From assembly GCA_035524255.1 (NCBI GenBank), contig DATKPG010000023.1:19459-83458 (forward strand): DNA of 64,000 nt, given 5' to 3'. Shown piece by piece: positions 1 to 9,189 of the stretch. The notes under the pieces were generated by a model, which saw only the letters and a list, made by a program, of their open reading frames with translations, made no database searches and was not told where the DNA came from. A program made the translations under genes and the position numbers. The DNA is from Smithella sp. (lineage in GTDB: Bacteria > Desulfobacterota > Syntrophia > Syntrophales > Smithellaceae). Positions within the stretch are counted from its first letter, which is position 1. Each line of letters starts with the position of its first letter.

Positions 1-136
1 TCAGCGTCATATTTGCCTTGCGCACCAGTTCAAAGGCTTTTGCCGTGGGTGCTAAATGGGAAATGATTACCGGCATGCCCAGATTCCAGACTTTATAAAC
101 AATTAATATTTTTATATTATCATCAAAATTGCTCAT
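1..136 (-). CDS. partial ORF running off the left edge; its first 45 aa resemble the C-terminal segment of FdhD-type proteins (possible gene fragment)
   Basis: Minus-strand ATG at 136-134, open to position 1. My translation is MSNFDDNIKILIVYKVWNLGMPVIISHLAPTAKAFELVRKANMTL. The GMPVIIS-x-x-APT...EL...N-MTL pattern is what FdhD proteins carry close to their C-terminus. An in-frame stop at 173-175 leaves no room upstream for the rest of an FdhD. Confidence 0.25.
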   Translation of the reverse strand, partial: MSNFDDNIKILIVYKVWNLGMPVIISHLAPTAKAFELVRKANMTL

Positions 137-144
137 GCTTTTTT

Positions 145-498
145 TTATCTCAGGATACGATGGTCGCCCGCTCTAACCGTGAGCTTACTTGTGTCGAAAT
201 ATTCCATTAATGGAATTATATATTTGCGGGAAAGGCCGGTTAGGTCTTTAAAACTCGACCGCGTGGCCAAACTGTCTTTTATCAGTTGCGCCTTATAATG
301 AATGCTCAGTTTTTCCAGCGTTTCAAGGGCAAAACATAATTCTTCGTTGATTTGAAGGGAGGCAAATCCAAGTTCGATGGAAATGCCTCTTTCTCTTTCC
401 TCTTTCAAACGGTCAGTGTCAACCCCCATAAGCGCTTTGATTAACGCGGTTTTTCCATGATCGACATGACCGGCTGTGCCGAGAACTAGATGTTTCAT
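145..498 (-). pseudogene. selB: selB remnant: SelB GTPase N-terminus (about 50 aa) fused directly to the SelB C-terminal winged-helix segment; about 500 internal residues missing
   Basis: The N-terminus [46 protein letters not shown] matches the SelB/EF-Tu G1 P-loop and switch I. There is no DxxG (G3) or NKxD (G4). The C-terminus [34 protein letters not shown] matches the SelB mRNA-binding winged helix. Total length is 117 aa, against the several hundred aa typical of SelB. Confidence 0.6.
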
Positions 499-676
499 TT
501 GTTTACCTTGATGAAATGTTCTCGAAAAGTAACAAACTCTTCATTTTTTCACAAGATTATATTTACGGTTCATCAAACTCAAACAGGTTTATTTCAAACA
601 GTGAGAAGCGCCCAATAAATTAATCCTTGAAAAAGGCAGGGGGAATTGTTAGAAAACCCCGCAAAAGGAGTGCTTC

Positions 677-1090
677 TTGCGCATACTTGGTTTGGATTAT
701 GGTGAAAAAAGAATAGGTGTGGCCGTCTGCGACGAGCTGGGGCTTACGGCTCAAGGTTTGCCTACGATCATTAGAAAAACCAAGAAACATGATTGGGAAA
801 TTTTAACAGGTTTGATTAAAAACTATCAAGTTGATAAAATTGTAATAGGTTATCCCGTGAGACTGGACGGATCCGAGGGTATCCAGTGTGAAAAAGTAAA
901 TCGTTTTAAAGTTTTACTTGAAAAAACTTTTTCTTTGTCCGTTATAAAATGGCCCGAAACCCTTTCTACCAAAGAGGCTGAGGAAATACTGATAAACTCC
1001 GGTGTCCGTTGGGAAAAAAGAAAAAAAATGGTGGATAAACTGGCTGCCTGTCTGATTCTTCAGGGTTATCTGGATTCTAACGCTAAATAA
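677..1090 (+). CDS. ruvX: Holliday-junction-resolvase-like / pre-16S rRNA nuclease YqgF (RuvX)
   Basis: MRILGLDYGEKRIGVAV N-terminal signature of the YqgF RNase-H-like family; 137 aa; TTG start. Confidence 0.85.
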   Translation: MRILGLDYGEKRIGVAVCDELGLTAQGLPTIIRKTKKHDWEILTGLIKNYQVDKIVIGYPVRLDGSEGIQCEKVNRFKVLLEKTFSLSVIKWPETLSTKEAEEILINSGVRWEKRKKMVDKLAACLILQGYLDSNAK

Positions 1091-1112
1091 TTAAAAAAAT
1101 TCCGTAAAAAAT

Positions 1113-2246
1113 ATGAATAAATCTGACAAAAAAAATCATAATAAATCCGCCAAGAAAAACGATTCTGCAGATAAAAATAAAGAGAAAGAGAATACATGGA
1201 TGAAACGGATTTTCCTGTTCAGTTTTTTTAAAAATTCCTCTCATACGGGCAGAACAATTCGACGCGTCATCTTATATTTTGTTGCGGTTTTTTTTGCCTT
1301 TTGCGTTTTGCTGTTGAATTATTCAATTAGTTCCATTGATAAAAAAAATATTAACGTCCTGGTTGATATCCCGACAGGCTCCAGCTTTTTTGAAGTTACC
1401 GAAAAACTTAATCAGGCTGGATTGATCAAAAACCGCATTTTCTTTTACAGTCTCGCCGTGATAAAAAAAGCCAGACGCCACATTTGCGCGGGTGAATATG
1501 AAATTAATACTTTACTGACACCTTCCATGATGATTGACAAGCTCATTCGCGGGGAGGTTAAAGAACATAAAGTATTGATTCCGGAAGATTATTCCATGCA
1601 GGAAATTGTCACGCGGCTGGATAGCGAAAAGCTTATTAACAAAGAAATATTTTTTGAATTGGCAAGGGATAAAGATTTTCTAAAATCTTTAAATATTAAA
1701 GCGGAATCCATAGAAGGCTATCTTTTCCCGGACACTTATTATTTTAACCGTTCCATGAGCACGCGACAGATTATGAAAAAAATGGTAGACCGGTTCTGGG
1801 AAAAAGTAACGCCGGATATGATTAAAAAAGCACAGGAACTCGGATTTAATACTGAGCAGTTTGTTACATTTGCCTCTATTATCGGTAAGGAATCAGGAAA
1901 TGACGCGGAAAAACCTTTTATAGCCGCTGTATTTCGCAACAGGCTCAAAAAGAAAATGCCCCTGCAAAGTGATCCGACGGCTGTTTATGATATGGACAGT
2001 TTTAACGGCAAAGTGTTGCGCAGTCACTTAAAAAGAAATTCGCCCTATAATACTTACGTGATAAAAGGTTTGCCGCCGGGACCCATTGCCAATCCGGGAT
2101 TGACTTCACTGCAAGCAACCCTTAATCCGGCTCCCGTTAAATATCTTTATTTTGTTTCCAAAAAAGACGGTTCACACTTCTTTTCTGACTCTCTAAAAGA
2201 GCATAATAGAGCAATATACCGGTATACACATCTTAATAACAAATAA
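1113..2246 (+). CDS. mltG: endolytic murein transglycosylase MltG (YceG family)
   Basis: N-terminal TM segment and YceG motifs EGYLFPDTY, ASIIGKE and PPGPIANPG. The Lys-rich N-terminal tail suggests a possible alternative start at ATG 1200. Confidence 0.85.
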   Translation: MNKSDKKNHNKSAKKNDSADKNKEKENTWMKRIFLFSFFKNSSHTGRTIRRVILYFVAVFFAFCVLLLNYSISSIDKKNINVLVDIPTGSSFFEVTEKLNQAGLIKNRIFFYSLAVIKKARRHICAGEYEINTLLTPSMMIDKLIRGEVKEHKVLIPEDYSMQEIVTRLDSEKLINKEIFFELARDKDFLKSLNIKAESIEGYLFPDTYYFNRSMSTRQIMKKMVDRFWEKVTPDMIKKAQELGFNTEQFVTFASIIGKESGNDAEKPFIAAVFRNRLKKKMPLQSDPTAVYDMDSFNGKVLRSHLKRNSPYNTYVIKGLPPGPIANPGLTSLQATLNPAPVKYLYFVSKKDGSHFFSDSLKEHNRAIYRYTHLNNK

Positions 2247-2401
2247 TTACAATAACTTAAGCGTCTATTTTGCTGGTGAAAATTAATGAAAGAACTCGTT
2301 CATGATTTTTATCAATATTTCTGTTTATAAAAAAATTTCATTTCCGGAATTTCCCCTGTAATTTTAAGTCATTTAAATTAAAAAAAAGTTAAATTTTTTG
2401 C

Positions 2402-2430
2402 TTGACAAAGGCAAATACCGCCTCTATAGT
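2402..2430 (+). promoter_or_regulatory. sigma70-type promoter of the dcw cluster (Pmra)
   Basis: TTGACA (2402-2407), a 17-nt spacer, then TATAGT (2425-2430), about 40 nt upstream of mraZ. Confidence 0.6.
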
Positions 2431-2436
2431 TGCCAT

Positions 2437-2460
2437 GTGGAGTAAAGTGGTTTTTAGTGG
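2437..2460 (+). promoter_or_regulatory. three phased GTGG direct repeats; candidate MraZ operator
   Basis: GTGG at 2437, 2447 and 2457 (gtggagtaaa gtggttttta gtgggg), exactly 10 bp apart. They lie between the -10 element and the mraZ start. MraZ is known to bind phased GTGG(G)-type repeats in its own promoter. Confidence 0.55.
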
Positions 2461-2466
2461 GGGGAA

Positions 2467-2916
2467 GTGATGTCTGTATTCAGGGGTCAATATCATCACA
2501 ATATCGATGAAAAGGGAAGGATAATCTTCCCATCCAAATTTCGCGAAATTTTTGCGGAAGAATACGACAACCGGATGGTGATCACCAACTGGGATCAGTA
2601 CCTCATGGTTTTTCCTTACGATGAATGGCTTATCATTGAAGAGAAAGTAGCCCATCAATCCAAATTGCGCAAGGAAGTGCGATCGTTTCAGCGTTTCTTC
2701 ATGTCCGGAGCGGTTGATTGCAATATCGACGGACAGGGGCGTGTGCTCATACCCTCGACTTTGCGTGAATATGCCAAATTGGAAAAAGATATTGTTCTGG
2801 CCGGTATGCTGAAAAATATTGAAATCTGGTCGAAAGACCGTTTTGAAGAGAGAATGAGACTGGCCGCCGATGAAATTGACAAGTGCGCTGACTTTATAGC
2901 TGATCTGGGAATTTAA
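2467..2916 (+). CDS. mraZ: transcriptional regulator MraZ
   Basis: FRGQYHHNIDEKGRIIFPSKFRE plus a second DGQGRVLIPSTLRE repeat give the duplicated SpoVT/AbrB-like MraZ signature. ATG at 2470 is probably the true start. Confidence 0.95.
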   Translation: MMSVFRGQYHHNIDEKGRIIFPSKFREIFAEEYDNRMVITNWDQYLMVFPYDEWLIIEEKVAHQSKLRKEVRSFQRFFMSGAVDCNIDGQGRVLIPSTLREYAKLEKDIVLAGMLKNIEIWSKDRFEERMRLAADEIDKCADFIADLGI

Positions 2917-2919
2917 AAG

Positions 2920-3855
2920 ATGATTGCCGACTTCTATCACGAGCCGGTAATGGTTAAGGAAGTTATTGCATCGCTTTTAGTCAGTAAAACGGGAATCTAC
3001 GTGGATTGTACCGTGGGTGGCGCGGGTCATTCCTACGCGATACTTAAAGAATCAGATGCGTTTTTAGTGGGAATCGATTGTGACGATCAGGCTCTGCAGT
3101 ATGCGGAAAAACGGCTGGCGGAATTCGGGTCGCGCAAGGTTTTGATACAGGCTAATTTTGCCGATTTAAGCAAAATACTGAAAGATTTAAACATAGAAAA
3201 AGTTGATGGCGTTCTGCTGGATTTAGGTGTCTCGTCCCATCAACTCGATACAGAACAAAGAGGCTTTAGTTTTAATCAACAGGCGCTGCTCGACATGCGG
3301 ATGGATCGCAGTTTAAAGATCAGCGCTTACGATATTGTCAACAGCTTCGCGCAAGACGAACTGGAAAATATTATCAGGTTTTACGGGGAAGAAAAAATGG
3401 CAGCAAGAATAGCCAGGGCAATATCAAAAAAAAGACAGCAATCGCCCATTGAAACAACCACGGAACTGGCGGACATCATTGCTTCCTGTATGCCTGCGAA
3501 ATTAAGATGGCAGAAAATCCATCCCGCCACAAGAACCTTTCAGGCCATAAGAATAGCCGTCAACCATGAGTTGGATAACATAAAACCGGCAATTGATGCC
3601 GCGGCTGAAGCGCTGAAGCCCGGCGGCCGCCTTTGTGTAATTTCTTTTCATTCGCTGGAAGATCGTATCGTAAAAAATGAAATTCGTGCATTAAGCGGAA
3701 TTTGCGTCTGTCCCAAGGATGTGCCGTTTTGTGTTTGTCAGAGGGATGCAAAGCTCAAAAATCTGACCTCAAAAGTCATCGTTCCTTCGGCGGAAGAAAT
3801 CGAAGCTAATCCACGCGCTCGCAGCGCCAAATTGCGCGTGGCCCGGAGACTATAA
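2920..3855 (+). CDS. rsmH: 16S rRNA (cytosine1402-N4)-methyltransferase RsmH (MraW)
   Basis: HEPVMVKEV...DCTVGGAGHS SAM-binding motif; conserved position after mraZ. Confidence 0.95.
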   Translation: MIADFYHEPVMVKEVIASLLVSKTGIYVDCTVGGAGHSYAILKESDAFLVGIDCDDQALQYAEKRLAEFGSRKVLIQANFADLSKILKDLNIEKVDGVLLDLGVSSHQLDTEQRGFSFNQQALLDMRMDRSLKISAYDIVNSFAQDELENIIRFYGEEKMAARIARAISKKRQQSPIETTTELADIIASCMPAKLRWQKIHPATRTFQAIRIAVNHELDNIKPAIDAAAEALKPGGRLCVISFHSLEDRIVKNEIRALSGICVCPKDVPFCVCQRDAKLKNLTSKVIVPSAEEIEANPRARSAKLRVARRL

Positions 3856-3856
3856 A

Positions 3857-4204
3857 ATGGCACCATCCGCACAGTCTGTTGGAACAAGAGCCATGCCCCG
3901 TTTTGAAGAAGCAAAGGGGGCTTCTTTCGACATAAAGTATTCTACTTTTATTATTTTTGCCATCGTGCTCATGTTTGTTGCTTTGATCTATGTAGGCTCA
4001 CATATTCATATGACGGAACTGGAATACAGTATCGCTACGGAATTAAATATCAAAGAACAAAAACTGGAAGAGCAGAAAAAGCTAAAGTTGGAATACGCGA
4101 TGCTCAAATCACCGCAGCGGATTGAAAGCATTATGAGAAGCAGATTACAGATGTCCTATCCTGATAATAATCAAGTCATTGTCTTAAAAAAATCGGGAGA
4201 GTGA
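3857..4204 (+). CDS. ftsL: cell division protein FtsL-like
   Basis: 115 aa with a single TM (FIIFAIVLMFVALIYVG) followed by a coiled-coil region. It sits in the conserved slot between rsmH and ftsI. Confidence 0.75.
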   Translation: MAPSAQSVGTRAMPRFEEAKGASFDIKYSTFIIFAIVLMFVALIYVGSHIHMTELEYSIATELNIKEQKLEEQKKLKLEYAMLKSPQRIESIMRSRLQMSYPDNNQVIVLKKSGE

Positions 4205-4205
4205 T

Positions 4206-6182
4206 ATGGCGATTGAATCGAAAAAATGGTTGAAATTCAAAATTGCCATGCTTTTCATGTTTTTTCTGGTGTTATTTATTGCTTTGATATCCCGTGCTTT
4301 TCAGTTACAGGTTTTATCCGGACAGAAACTAAAAAAATTAGCAACAAGGCAACACACCTCTGTGCTTCAGTTGCAGCCGGAAAGAGGGGTAATTTATGAT
4401 CGCAACGGTGAAAAGCTTGCTGTATCCATCATGGCGAATTCCGTTTGCGCCGACCCTTCCAAAATAGTTGATCCCGTTAAGACTTCCGGACAAGTTGCGA
4501 CAATTCTCAATCTGGACAATCAAACGGTTTTAAAAAAATTATCCGCGCAAAAAAGTTTTTCCTGGTTGGCCAGAAGAATTCCTCCGGAACAGGCTGCTTC
4601 CATAGAAAGCGCGGATATCGAAGGAGTCTTTCTGGTTAAAGAACCCAGACGCTTTTATCCCAATGGTGAATTGGCCGCGCATCTGCTCGGATTTGTCGGC
4701 CTGGATGCCTCCGGTCTGGAAGGATTGGAAAGTAAATATGATGAATCTTTAAAAGGAAAGCCGCAGGTGCTGGCGTGGGCCCGGGACGCCAAAGGGAAAA
4801 AGCTGTTCCTGCGCGTTGAAAAGAACGAGACTCAAAAAGATGAAAATGTAAATCTTGTTTTAACGATCGATAATCGGATTCAATATCTCGTGGAAACTCA
4901 GTTAAAAGAAGCCGTTCTCTCCAAGGGCGCGAAAGCGGGACTTGCCATTGTCATGGATCCCAAGACTGGAGAGATTTTGGCGATGGCCAACCAGTTAGGT
5001 TTCAATCCCAATAACATTGAAGGGCTCACGCCGGAAAAATGGCGGAATCGTGCCATCACCGATTACTTCGATCCCGGATCAACCTTCAAACCCTTTTTGG
5101 TGGCTGGCGCGCTGGAGGAAAAAATCGTTAAGGAATCGGATAAGTTTTATTGTGAAAACGGAAACTATAAAGTGGCAAACCGTGTGATTCATGAAGCCAA
5201 TAAGAAACGTCATGGCGTGTTGGACGTCAAGGATATATTAAAATATTCCAGCAATATCGGCGCCGCAAAAATCGCTCAAAAGATGGGGAAAGAAAAGTTT
5301 TATGATTATATAAAAAAATTTGGCTTTGGGACAAAAACCGGCATAGATCTGCCCGGCGAGTCTTCAGGGGCGGTCAGACCGGTAAAAAATTGGGTGCCTG
5401 TTGATACGGCGATGATTGGTTTCGGCCAGGGCGTTTCGGTTACGGCCATTCAATTAATTTCTGCCGTTTCGGCCGTTGCCAACAACGGAGTTTTAATGAA
5501 ACCCTATGTCGTGCGCGGCATGGCCGACAAAGATAATCACCTTGTCAAGCTTTATACGCCGACGGTCGTCCGCAAAGTTATTTCTCCGGACACGGCGAGG
5601 CGTCTTACCAATATGCTTACGGAAGTTGTCAGCGCGCCGGACGGCACCGGTAAAAACGCGCGCATTGTCAACGTTAGCGTTGCCGGCAAGACAGGGACTT
5701 CCCAGAAATTCGATTTTACCCGCGGTGTATATTCTTCGGAAAAAGTGAGAACGTCTTTTATGGGATTTTTCCCGGCTGAGAATCCGCAGGTTGCCATTCT
5801 GGTAATTCTTGATGAACCGCAAAGAGACAAGTGGGGCGGTGTTGCCGCCGCGCCGGTGTTTAAGAATATCGGTGAACAGATACTCAATTGCTTTAAAACA
5901 AATATCAGAGAAACTCCCGTTTTTGAAAAAGAGAAGACGGATAAAGTACAGCTTGTTTCGGCGCAGCAGACTTTGGCTCCATCCAATACTGCAGAAGATA
6001 ACGGATCAACGATGCCTGATTTTTCAGGTTTAACCATAAGAGAAGCAATGAAGAAAGCTAAAGCCGAATCCATAGAGCTTAAAGTATCAGGCAATGGCTG
6101 GGCTGTGCATCAATATCCGCCTGCTCACACGCCGATTGGTGATGAGCGCCTGTGCAATGTTGCTTTTGAGTTAAATAATTGA
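4206..6182 (+). CDS. ftsI: peptidoglycan D,D-transpeptidase FtsI (class B PBP) with C-terminal PASTA-like domain
   Basis: N-terminal TM; transpeptidase motifs STFK (GSTFKPF), SSN (YSSNIG) and KTG (GKTGTS). The C-terminal ~58 aa (MPDFSGLTIREAMKKAKAESIELKVSGNGWAVHQYPP...) fit the PASTA pattern. Confidence 0.9.
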   Translation: MAIESKKWLKFKIAMLFMFFLVLFIALISRAFQLQVLSGQKLKKLATRQHTSVLQLQPERGVIYDRNGEKLAVSIMANSVCADPSKIVDPVKTSGQVATILNLDNQTVLKKLSAQKSFSWLARRIPPEQAASIESADIEGVFLVKEPRRFYPNGELAAHLLGFVGLDASGLEGLESKYDESLKGKPQVLAWARDAKGKKLFLRVEKNETQKDENVNLVLTIDNRIQYLVETQLKEAVLSKGAKAGLAIVMDPKTGEILAMANQLGFNPNNIEGLTPEKWRNRAITDYFDPGSTFKPFLVAGALEEKIVKESDKFYCENGNYKVANRVIHEANKKRHGVLDVKDILKYSSNIGAAKIAQKMGKEKFYDYIKKFGFGTKTGIDLPGESSGAVRPVKNWVPVDTAMIGFGQGVSVTAIQLISAVSAVANNGVLMKPYVVRGMADKDNHLVKLYTPTVVRKVISPDTARRLTNMLTEVVSAPDGTGKNARIVNVSVAGKTGTSQKFDFTRGVYSSEKVRTSFMGFFPAENPQVAILVILDEPQRDKWGGVAAAPVFKNIGEQILNCFKTNIRETPVFEKEKTDKVQLVSAQQTLAPSNTAEDNGSTMPDFSGLTIREAMKKAKAESIELKVSGNGWAVHQYPPAHTPIGDERLCNVAFELNN

Positions 6183-6189
6183 GGTATAG

Positions 6190-7719
6190 ATGAAACTGGC
6201 TCACTTAATTGAGGGACTGGATATCATAAATATTTCGGGAGATCCTTATGGAGAGGTATCTGCCTTATGTTTTTCCGCGGATCAGTGTATACACGGCTCT
6301 GTATTTGTTGCCGTTTGCGGCTTAAAGAATGACGGGCATGATTTTATTACAGAAGCGATAAATCGCGGCGCGCAGTTTATTGTATATGAGAAAGACTTGC
6401 AATTCCCTTCTCATATAACAGCCATTAAAGTGTCTGACAGCCGGCGTGCCTTGAGTATTCTGGCCCGAAACTATTTTGACAATCCGTCCGTCCATTTGGT
6501 TCTCATTGCTGTTATGGGAACAAACGGTAAAACAACGATCACATATCTTCTGGAATCCATATTGAAAGAAGCCGGTTTTAAATGTGGGGTTTTAGGCACT
6601 GTCAATTATCGTTACAACGATAAAACCTATCCCGCGCCAAATACAACTCCGGAATCTTATGAACTGCAGAAAATAATGCGCGCGATGGCTGACGCCGGTG
6701 TCACTCACGTTATCGCCGAGGTTTCATCCCACGCCGTTGACCTGAAGAGAGTTGAAGACTGCGATTTTGATATGGGCATTTTTACCAATCTTACCCGTGA
6801 TCATCTTGATTATCATTTGACCATGGAAAATTATTTTCAGGCAAAGAAACGATTTTTTGCCGAAATTTTGCCCCGAAGCAGGAAAGTCCATTCGCAAAAA
6901 ATGGTCATCAATAACGATGATCAGTGGGGACAGAGAATTTTACAGGAAGTAAATCTGCCGGCGTTGACTTACGGGATAGAGGGCGATTGCGTAATCATGG
7001 CTAAAAACTATGAAGTATCATTGACGGGAATAAAAGCCCGAATTGATTTAGGTGGAGAATCCGTCTCCGTGGCATCGCCTCTGATCGGTAAATTTAATCT
7101 CTACAATATTCTGGCTGCTATTGGCGCCGCGGTTATTTTACAGGTTCCCCCCCCGGTGATTAAAAAAGGAATAGAGAATTTGTGTTGTGTTCCGGGAAGA
7201 CTTGAAAAAGTCGCTTCTCCCGAAGGCGTTAATATTTTCGTTGATTACGCGCATACGGATGACGCCTTGAGGCGCGTGCTGCAAAACCTGGTGGAACTTA
7301 AGGAAAAAAGAATCATTACGGTTTTTGGCTGTGGCGGGAACAGGGATAGAGGCAAAAGACCGCTTATGGGAGAAGCGGCCACCCGATACAGTGATTTGAC
7401 CATCGTAACTTCTGATAATCCCCGTCTGGAAGATCCCCTGGTTATCATCGCGGAAATAGAGGAGGGGATTGATAAAAGTAAGATAAAGAAAACAAAGTTT
7501 GATCATTTGAAATCCGGTGATGATATTCATTCCTATGCGGTGATTCCCGACAGAAGACAGGCCATTGAAGCGGCAATCAATGAGGCTGAAAGTGGAGACA
7601 TTGTTTTAATTGCGGGCAAGGGTCATGAAGATTACCAGATTCTGGGAACTCAAAAAATGCCGTTTGATGACCGTGTGATTGCCGCGCAGACTTTGAAGTT
7701 AAGGAGTCATTTACAATAA
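6190..7719 (+). CDS. murE: UDP-MurNAc-L-Ala-D-Glu:meso-diaminopimelate ligase MurE
   Basis: Mur ligase P-loop GTNGKTT; the DNPR motif (SDNPRLEDP) is typical of DAP-adding MurE; cluster position. Confidence 0.93.
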   Translation: MKLAHLIEGLDIINISGDPYGEVSALCFSADQCIHGSVFVAVCGLKNDGHDFITEAINRGAQFIVYEKDLQFPSHITAIKVSDSRRALSILARNYFDNPSVHLVLIAVMGTNGKTTITYLLESILKEAGFKCGVLGTVNYRYNDKTYPAPNTTPESYELQKIMRAMADAGVTHVIAEVSSHAVDLKRVEDCDFDMGIFTNLTRDHLDYHLTMENYFQAKKRFFAEILPRSRKVHSQKMVINNDDQWGQRILQEVNLPALTYGIEGDCVIMAKNYEVSLTGIKARIDLGGESVSVASPLIGKFNLYNILAAIGAAVILQVPPPVIKKGIENLCCVPGRLEKVASPEGVNIFVDYAHTDDALRRVLQNLVELKEKRIITVFGCGGNRDRGKRPLMGEAATRYSDLTIVTSDNPRLEDPLVIIAEIEEGIDKSKIKKTKFDHLKSGDDIHSYAVIPDRRQAIEAAINEAESGDIVLIAGKGHEDYQILGTQKMPFDDRVIAAQTLKLRSHLQ

Positions 7720-7720
7720 T

Positions 7721-9187
7721 TTGATGAATAACGATTTGCCAGTCTTTTCATTAAACGATGTGTTGAAAGCAACGACCGGAACTTTAGTTTCCGGAGCGCC
7801 CACGAGCACGTTTTACGGGATTTCCACGGATTCGCGGTCAATTAGCAAGGGAAATCTCTTTGTTGCTTTGAAAGGAGATAATTTCGACGGCCACGATTTT
7901 GTGATGAAGGTTTTAGAGCAGGGAGCTGCCGGAATTTTAGCGCATAATGAAGAAAAAATGAGTCAAATCCCGAAGGATGAACCGTGTGCCGTCATCAGGG
8001 TCGCTGATACATTGACCGCGCTAGGAGACCTTGCCCACGAATGGAGGAAACGGTTTTCCCTTCCCGTCATAGGTTTGACAGGTTCTTCGGGGAAAACAAC
8101 GACCAAAGAAATGATAGCGGCAATCATCAGCAGGAAGAAAAATATTCTAAAGACGGAAGGGAATTTAAACAATCTGATAGGCGTGCCGCAGACGATATTT
8201 CGCCTTACCCCGAAACATGAATTGATGGTTCTGGAGATGGGTACGAATACCCGGGGAGAAATAAAGAGACTTACGCAGATTGCCGAGCCGAATATCGGAT
8301 TGATTACGAATATCGGTCCGGCGCATTTGGCGGGGTTTGGTTCCATGGAAGTTGTCCGGGAAGAGAAAAATGATTTGTTTCTTAACCTGCCTCCGTCGGG
8401 CATAGCTGTCATTAATCTTGATGATGAAGCCATAGCGATTGCGTCTGAAAAATGGAATGGCAGGAAAATTACTTTCAGCATGAGTCCCAACGCTGATGTT
8501 ACGGTAAAAGATATAGAAAAGAACGGCATCAAGGGTATGCGCTTTAACTTGATCATCGGCGGCAATGCGCAAAGGGTGGAAATGAAAATTGCCGGTCTTC
8601 ATCATGTATATGACGCCATGGCGGCCGCGGCCGTTGCCTTGGCTGCGGGCATGGATGACAAGACCATATCGGAAGGTCTTGCCTTTTTCCGGCCGTTTAG
8701 CGGACGCATGGAAATGATCAAACTGCATAACGGCGCCTTTCTCCTGGATGATTCCTATAACGCGAATCCCGCTTCGGTTCGTGAAGCTCTGATGACACTG
8801 AAAGATTTAAAAACGAATCATCATGGTTACGTGTTTTTAGGCGATATGCTTGAGTTAGGCACGGACGCTGCCGAAATGCATCGAAGAATCGGGATGTTGA
8901 TTGCTACTATCGGCATCAATGCGCTTTTCCTTCAAGGTGATTTTTCCGGGGTTACGGCAAAAGGCGCTATGGAAGGAGGCCTCTCGTCCCAGAATATTTT
9001 CTTTTTATCCGGCGATGAGAAAGGCATGACTTACTTAAAGAATCATTTGAAAAAAGGAGATTGGATTCTGGTAAAAGGTTCACGCCGGATGAAAATGGAA
9101 AAAATTGTGTCTCAGATATGCAGTGATTTTGGCGGTGATAAGATGAATGGACATCACAAAACGATTAATCCGTCAGGAGTAAATTAA
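7721..9187 (+). CDS. murF: UDP-MurNAc-tripeptide:D-Ala-D-Ala ligase MurF
   Basis: Mur ligase P-loop [11 protein letters not shown]; follows murE. Confidence 0.93.
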   Translation: MMNNDLPVFSLNDVLKATTGTLVSGAPTSTFYGISTDSRSISKGNLFVALKGDNFDGHDFVMKVLEQGAAGILAHNEEKMSQIPKDEPCAVIRVADTLTALGDLAHEWRKRFSLPVIGLTGSSGKTTTKEMIAAIISRKKNILKTEGNLNNLIGVPQTIFRLTPKHELMVLEMGTNTRGEIKRLTQIAEPNIGLITNIGPAHLAGFGSMEVVREEKNDLFLNLPPSGIAVINLDDEAIAIASEKWNGRKITFSMSPNADVTVKDIEKNGIKGMRFNLIIGGNAQRVEMKIAGLHHVYDAMAAAAVALAAGMDDKTISEGLAFFRPFSGRMEMIKLHNGAFLLDDSYNANPASVREALMTLKDLKTNHHGYVFLGDMLELGTDAAEMHRRIGMLIATIGINALFLQGDFSGVTAKGAMEGGLSSQNIFFLSGDEKGMTYLKNHLKKGDWILVKGSRRMKMEKIVSQICSDFGGDKMNGHHKTINPSGVN

Positions 9188-9189
9188 AA

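Noticed and set aside
2389-2940. 183-aa minus-strand ORF covering mraZ.
   Set aside because: It is an antisense shadow of a gene with unmistakable MraZ motifs, with no independent support.
5493-6094. Several 74-180-aa ORFs in other frames within ftsI.
   Set aside because: They overlap a strongly supported PBP gene and have Arg/Ser-rich, low-complexity translations typical of out-of-frame reading.
7963-8728. 200-aa and 187-aa minus-strand ORFs inside murF.
   Set aside because: Antisense shadows; murF motifs are intact on the plus strand.
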